DNA of 64,000 nt from Octopus vulgaris. Taxonomy: Eukaryota. The notes under the pieces are model-generated. The model searched no databases. It was not told where the DNA came from and saw only the letters and a program-made list of their open reading frames with translations. The DNA lies in NCBI GenBank assembly GCA_951406725.2, contig OX597830.1, forward strand, positions 75,764,001 to 75,828,000. Reading direction: 5' to 3'. Both the position numbers and the translations under genes were made by a program. Position 1 is the stretch's first letter; each line of letters starts with the position of its first letter. Shown here piece by piece: positions 57,979 to 64,000 of this stretch.

Positions 57979-58325
57979 GCTGCTGCTGTTGTTGTTATGT
58001 TTGCATGCTCATGTTTTTTTCTACCTATTTCTGTTAATTTGTTTTTCTTCTGTTTGATAAATGTTTTTTTAAATACACAAACATATGAAGAAATAATGAA
58101 ACGCTAACGGCTCTATTGCTGTATTGTAATTCAAGAAGTCTCCTGTGTACCTGTGTTCGTGGTGAATATAATCTTTCTGAAACCATGTTTTGTGTTGCAT
58201 ATTTCAAAATGCAAGCATAGTTTTAACACTTGTTGATACATATACATACATGCATACACACACACATACGCACATACACGTGTGTATATACATATATACA
58301 TCTACATACACACACAGACATATAA

Positions 58326-58403
<78 letters not shown>

Positions 58404-58763
58404 ATGTATATATATATATATACTTACATATATACATATATATATATATACATATAAATATATATATATGTATATATATATATGTGTATATATATATATA
58501 TGTGTATATATATATATACGAGTGTGAATGGCTGTGTGCGTGCATTTGTTATATACTTCTTGTTTTGTGTATTTTTGTATTTTTGTTTACTCGCTTAATC
58601 GAATGTTTTATAAAGGCAATTTGAGCGTTCGTTTATACACATATACATGTATCATTTCAGGTACACTATATAAAGATACGCGATAGTTTCTTGCAATGGA
58701 GACACGTGTCTAGTCAACATTTTATAACACTCATTTTGTCTTCAAGCAATCTATGTATCTATC

Positions 58764-58798
<35 letters not shown>

Positions 58799-58850
58799 CG
58801 AGGTAGAGAGAGAGGGAGAGTGGAGGAGAGAGAGAGACACATGGTACATA

Positions 58851-60579
58851 AACTGTGTATCATGCCTTACTGCAGATCAAATCTTTGTTGGTATTTGAAC
58901 ATTGTACAAACGTGAAAATTGATCCACTGAATGATCTTAGGCAGGTACGTACGCAGTGAATATTTCAATCGTATTGATAAGCTACATATAATGTTATGCC
59001 GAGTTATGTATTTTGAGGTGCTTTCAACTGTGTCGCCCTTTATTGCAGGTATATGAAAATGTCAATTTAAAGTAATGAAACAAAGTTTTATCGTGATATT
59101 ACCATTATATTTTGATAATGAAACATGCTGTCGAAAATAGCAGCGAGCTGGCAGAATCGTTAGCACGCCGGAGGACATGTTTAGCGGTATTTCGTCTGTC
59201 TTTATGTTCTGAGTTCAAATTCCGCCGAGGTCGACTTTGCCTTTCATCCTTTCGGGGATCGATTAAATAAGTACCAGTTGCGCACTGGGGTCGATGTAAT
59301 CGACTTAATCTCTATATCTTTCCTTGTTTGCCTCCTCTGTGTTTAGCCTCCTCTGGGCAGTAAAGAAATAAATTAAACTGTTGTACTTTATGTGTCTACG
59401 TAACTTCCTTGTTTAGAAATGATATCACACAGTCTTTTGTCCACAGAAGCTGTTAGCCAACTTATCTGAGAAGGGTTTATGGTACCAGCAATTGTTTTTA
59501 TCCTTTCTCACAGACCATCCTTCGATGAAAACTTGGCACCTTCTTCATACACATTCCTCTTCAAGATCGACCAGATCCGTTCGATAGGGTTTCGGTCAGA
59601 ACTATGATTCCTAAAGTTGCGAGGTACGAAATCGTAGCCTTTGCAGAATGCGAAGGAGCATTGTAATGCATAGAAATTCATCACCGTCGGCGTGAGAGTG
59701 GCAGATCATCTAACCATGATGCAAAATACTCCTCCAGAAACGTGGTGTAGGAGTTGTTGATGAGTTTTACACGTTCTAGCACTCGGAAAGGCCCGACAAG
59801 TTTATTTCCTATGATTCCCACCCAAAACATAACACCACTACCTCCTTGTTGACGCCGAAAGCGATGCGAGCGAGAAGCTCCAAGAGGTACCCAAACTTTG
59901 GCACATCCGTCGGGGCCATCCAGAGTAGCTCTGGTCTCATTTGTGAAGCGAACATCTTGGAAATTGCTCTTCATGTACTCCCGTGCATAATCAATACGCT
60001 TCTCTTGTTGGTTTTTGCTTAGGATGGGTCTAGGGATGCACCTAACACTTCTGGCCGTCTCTATAAGGATCCTCTTCCGGGCGTTTCTAGACAAAGGAGC
60101 AACCCTAACACTTTCAAATATGGCAGCATGCGTGCTGCTGAGGTCTTTTCCTACTTGTCTACCTATTTTTCGGATGTCACACTGGGATACACTTCTCGTA
60201 TTTTTATTTTGCCTTACTTTGCTGATGGGTTTTTCTATATACGCCTTTCATATTCTCAATCCTGACCAAGTCCCTGGGCTAATTCTCTCACAGATAAGCT
60301 TACTGTGAAACCCGCAACAGTCTGCGTCTTCTCTGTAGATGTCAGACGTCGTTTCAGAGGCATTTTCGTACACCTGCAATAAAGCGTGATACAGTTGAAA
60401 GCACTTTAAAATGCATAACTCAACATAACATTATATATAACACATCAATACGATTGAAATGTGCACTGTGTGCGTGCCTATCCAGGATCTTTCAGTGGAA
60501 CGAGTTTCACGATTGTGCAATGTGTGATATTCAAAATATCAACAAAAATTTGCCCTGCAATAAAGCGTAATATACAGTT
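58851..60579 (-). mobile_element. Full-length decayed Tc1-family transposon with ~210-bp IR/DR-type TIRs
   Basis: TA|aactgt...acagtt|TA; TIRs 58851-59062 and 60360-60579; transposase from an ATG at 60363 with FTNETRATLDGPDG, RRQQGGSGVMFW, MHYNAPSH, NPIE. Confidence 0.9.
59140..59370 (+). mobile_element. SINE family B nested in the Tc1 element
   Basis: Full head-to-tail match to 35001-35230. Confidence 0.9.
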
Positions 60580-60779
60580 TACATACAAATGTATATACAT
60601 ATACATTCTTATATATACATGCATATATAAGGACACTAAAATAAGAATAAGAATAATAAAGCTGAAGTGAAGAAGGAATGCGTGGGGTTATTTATAAATA
60701 TAACACACACATACACATGCACACACAGAGATAAACGCACGCACAAACACACGCACATACAAACACACACACAACGGAG

Positions 60780-61110
60780 TAGCTAAGACGTATATCGGAA
60801 AGACGTATGTATCGTTTAAGGAAGGTTACTCACAACACTTGGCGTCATTCTGAGTCAAATTCTTTTTAAAAACTGCAACATCCCTATCCAATACGATATG
60901 GACATTGAAAGAAGGTAGAATAATTAACCCCTAGATAAAACGGAACATCATTGCTAAAGCCAAAAAATACAGAGGACGGTGTACCAAATGTGGACTCTTT
61001 ATAACTGAAAAACTAAATATCATGCAGTCAACAGATAACATCCTAAATATTAGAGATAAAATCTTCTCTCCCTGCATACACTAGCAATATTTCACAATTA
61101 AACACTTCAA
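60780..61110 (+). pseudogene. Naiad-type Penelope GIY-YIG endonuclease C-terminal fragment
   Basis: KTYIGKTYVSFKEGYSQHLASF...TSLSNTIW...IIAKAKKY...KCGLFITEKLNI...LNIRDKIFSPCIH. Confidence 0.8.
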
Positions 61111-61419
61111 AGAGGAACCATCACCTGCACCACTAAGCCTACCAGGATAGCCCCTTTATTTTGTTGATGTTCAGCTCCAGTTCATCCATCTTCTTTGGAC
61201 CACACGCTTTCCAGCATAAAAATACAGTTATTTACTCCTTTTAACGTAGATATGCTTACATTGTTGATTGATCTTTTTCCCATTTGACGGTGGTAGGGTG
61301 ATATTAAAATGGAATAGATTCTATTAGAAGCAAATCGCTCCTGCCTCAGATATTCTCGTTTCGAAATAAAAATAACTGGTCGCAACTGTTTGTTTTGACA
61401 ATAGTATATTTTGGCACTG

Positions 61420-61721
61420 TGGAGGCACAGGGCCTAGTGGTTAGAGCAGCAGACTCGCGGTCGAGGGAACGCGGGTTCGAATCTCAGAACGGGCGATGTG
61501 TGTGCTTATAAGCGAAACACCTCAGCTCCACGCGGCTCCGTCAGAAGGTAATGGCGAACTTCTCCTGACTCTTTCGCCACAACTTTCTCTTCCTCTTTCC
61601 TCCTGCATCTTGCAGCTCACCTGCGACGGATCGGCGTCCCGTCCAGGTGGGGAACATATACGCCAAGGAAACCGGGAAGCCGGCCCTTATGAGCCAGGTG
61701 TGGCTTCGAGAAGGATCAAGC
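61420..61721 (+). mobile_element. SINE family C variant with a 14-bp TSD
   Basis: A/B boxes (ggcctagtgg, ggttcgaatct); TSD atattttggcactg at 61406-61419 and 61722-61735. Confidence 0.92.
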
Positions 61722-61778
61722 ATATTTTGGCACTGGAAGCAAGCAAACAATCGCTCAGAAATATACCCACACAGATAC

Positions 61779-61820
<42 letters not shown>

Positions 61821-62700
61821 TGGCAAAGAGGTGAGAGGGGACAGAAGGAAAGGGAGAAAGATAGGGGGCACGAGCGAGAAAGAGAGGAAGGAAGACAGAG
61901 ACATTACGATTTATCAATTGAATATGATTGACATAAACACTTTTCCCCTACTCGTACATATGAAGAGAAGACAATGCTAACACACGTAAACAGAGAGAGA
62001 AAGAGAGCTAGAGAGGTGGATAAAAGAGAGAAAGAGAAGGTGTGAGAGTAAGTGTGATACAGAAAGAGAGAGGGAGCCATTAAAACGAAAGAAACATTAA
62101 ATCGTCTGTTGTGAAATAGATCAGGGTCGAATCAGCGATGCCAGATAAGCAGCACCCAAACAGTTATGCCGAAACGTCTCATACGCTTTCCGTTTTGACT
62201 CGTAATAGAAAATATTTAATCGTAACGATTATACTGATTGAACTGACGGCTTAACCTGTTATATCTTCTCTCAAGCAAAATGTCAGTTTCGAAAACTGTC
62301 AACAACGTTGTGCTACAAACAGTGATAGATAAATACATATTTCATGCTTTCTCTCTACCGGAAATTCTAACAAACATTAAGTAGGCACTACGTTCATGAG
62401 TATAAGCAGCTGCTATGACTATCAAATAAAATAGAGATGACCTTTGTTAGCGTGCAGACGGATCACAGGTCACCCCCGACTTGAGCACATTTCAAATGCA
62501 GTTTCATTGTGGCTTCGACTCTTAGAAAATAGATTACGCTGCCTTGCTCACCCTCAGACAAAATACAAATGGACACATAGATGGATATTGTGATTTTAAG
62601 ATGGCTTCAAAGCATTTTGATATGTCTTTCTTTGCTTTGGTTTTCAAAATCCTTATTGGAATGTGACAAAATTATGACAAAGAATTGAAAAATATGACGA

Positions 62701-63118
62701 GGGAGTGGCTTGTGGTAAGTAGCTTGCAGAAGTGGTTCTGTGGTAAGTAACCTGCTTACCAACCAAATGTTTCCGGGTTCAGTCCCACTGCATGGTACCT
62801 TGGGAAGGTATCTTCTACCAAAGCTTTGTGAGTGGATTTGGTAGATGGGAACTGAAAGAAGCCAGTCGTATGTGTTTGTATGTGTGTGTGTGTGTGTGTT
62901 TGTGTGTGTGTATCTGTGTTACCCCCTCTACACACACACACCCAACCTCATTTGACAATCGATACTAGTGCGTTTACGTCCCCATAGCTTAGCGGTTCGG
63001 CGAAAGTGGTCGATAGTATAAGACCTAAGCTACAAAGTGTAAGTCCTGGGGCAGATTTGCTCGACTAAAAGCGGTGCTCAAGCATGGCCGTGGTCAAAAG
63101 ACAGAAGCAGGTAAAAGA
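62701..63118 (+). mobile_element. SINE family A with duplicated head (a further decayed copy at ~63160-63320)
   Basis: gtggc..tgtggtaagta.ct.gc occurs twice, then the body and tail. Confidence 0.88.
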
Positions 63119-63446
63119 ATTTTAACAAATGGAGTTGAAAATATTTTGACACATTTCCTTAGGCTTGGTTGCGCGGTTAAAATAAACGCTTTGGAACCAT
63201 GTGTTTTCGGGTTCAGTACCAATGCAGAGAGCTTTGACCAAGGATCACTGCACCAATCAACACCCGGTCAATGAACATGGTAAGCGAAAATTGTGTGGAA
63301 GCCCGTCATATTTATGTGTGCGTATGAGAATGAGTGTGTGTGAGTGCATTTTGTGAATCTGTTACACGCCCACCGCATTTAGGGAGATTTGGTTGTTATG
63401 CGGTGTAGCATCCTCATCATATATATACAAAAATGCATATATACAT

Positions 63447-63527
<81 letters not shown>

Positions 63528-63681
63528 AAGTAGCTAAGATATATCTTTCTACTTATATTACAATATATTTCAGCGTTTCGAAAACAACCCTACCTGCCAT
63601 GCAAGTATATACATATTTACATATATACATATATATATATATACATATATACATATGCATATATATATACATATATATACA

Positions 63682-63739
<58 letters not shown>

Positions 63740-64000
63740 TGTACATATATATACACATATATATATATACATATACATATATACATATACATATATATAT
63801 ATACATATATGTACATACACACACACATATAAATATACATAAATATATACACATATATATATACATATATATATATATATACATATGCATATATATACAT
63901 ATATATGCATATATATACATATATATAAATACATATAAAATATTATTAGAGACAAAACCACTATTTTGCAAAACAAACAAGGAAAGACTTAATCAATACA

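Overview
AT-rich eukaryotic non-coding DNA. It is most likely from an octopod cephalopod (Octopus sp.), inferred from the extreme (TA)n/(TAA)n/(TATG)n microsatellite load and recognisable tRNA-derived SINE families. I found no host exon, and almost every ORF in the supplied track is a translated microsatellite. The window is a mosaic of transposable elements. Two young 5'-truncated LINEs remain open: an R4/Dong-type RLE element in (TAA)n (11.2-12.5 kb) and a CR1-type element in (TA)n (44.6-46.4 kb). Decayed elements include Penelope-like (Naiad-type) elements, L1/Tx1 fossils, three mariner relics, a full-length Tc1 element with IR/DR termini, non-autonomous Helitrons, MITEs and over 20 SINE copies. 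The most notable signal is RNA-structural: a ~471-bp tandem unit at 33.1-33.95 kb carries a canonical type I hammerhead ribozyme, and an adjacent inverted copy ends at the predicted cleavage site, which is the architecture of a retrozyme/circRNA element. Several other small repeats carry minimal, dimer-type or decayed hammerhead folds. All family assignments come from motif recognition by eye, not database searches. Some local duplications could be long-read assembly artefacts.
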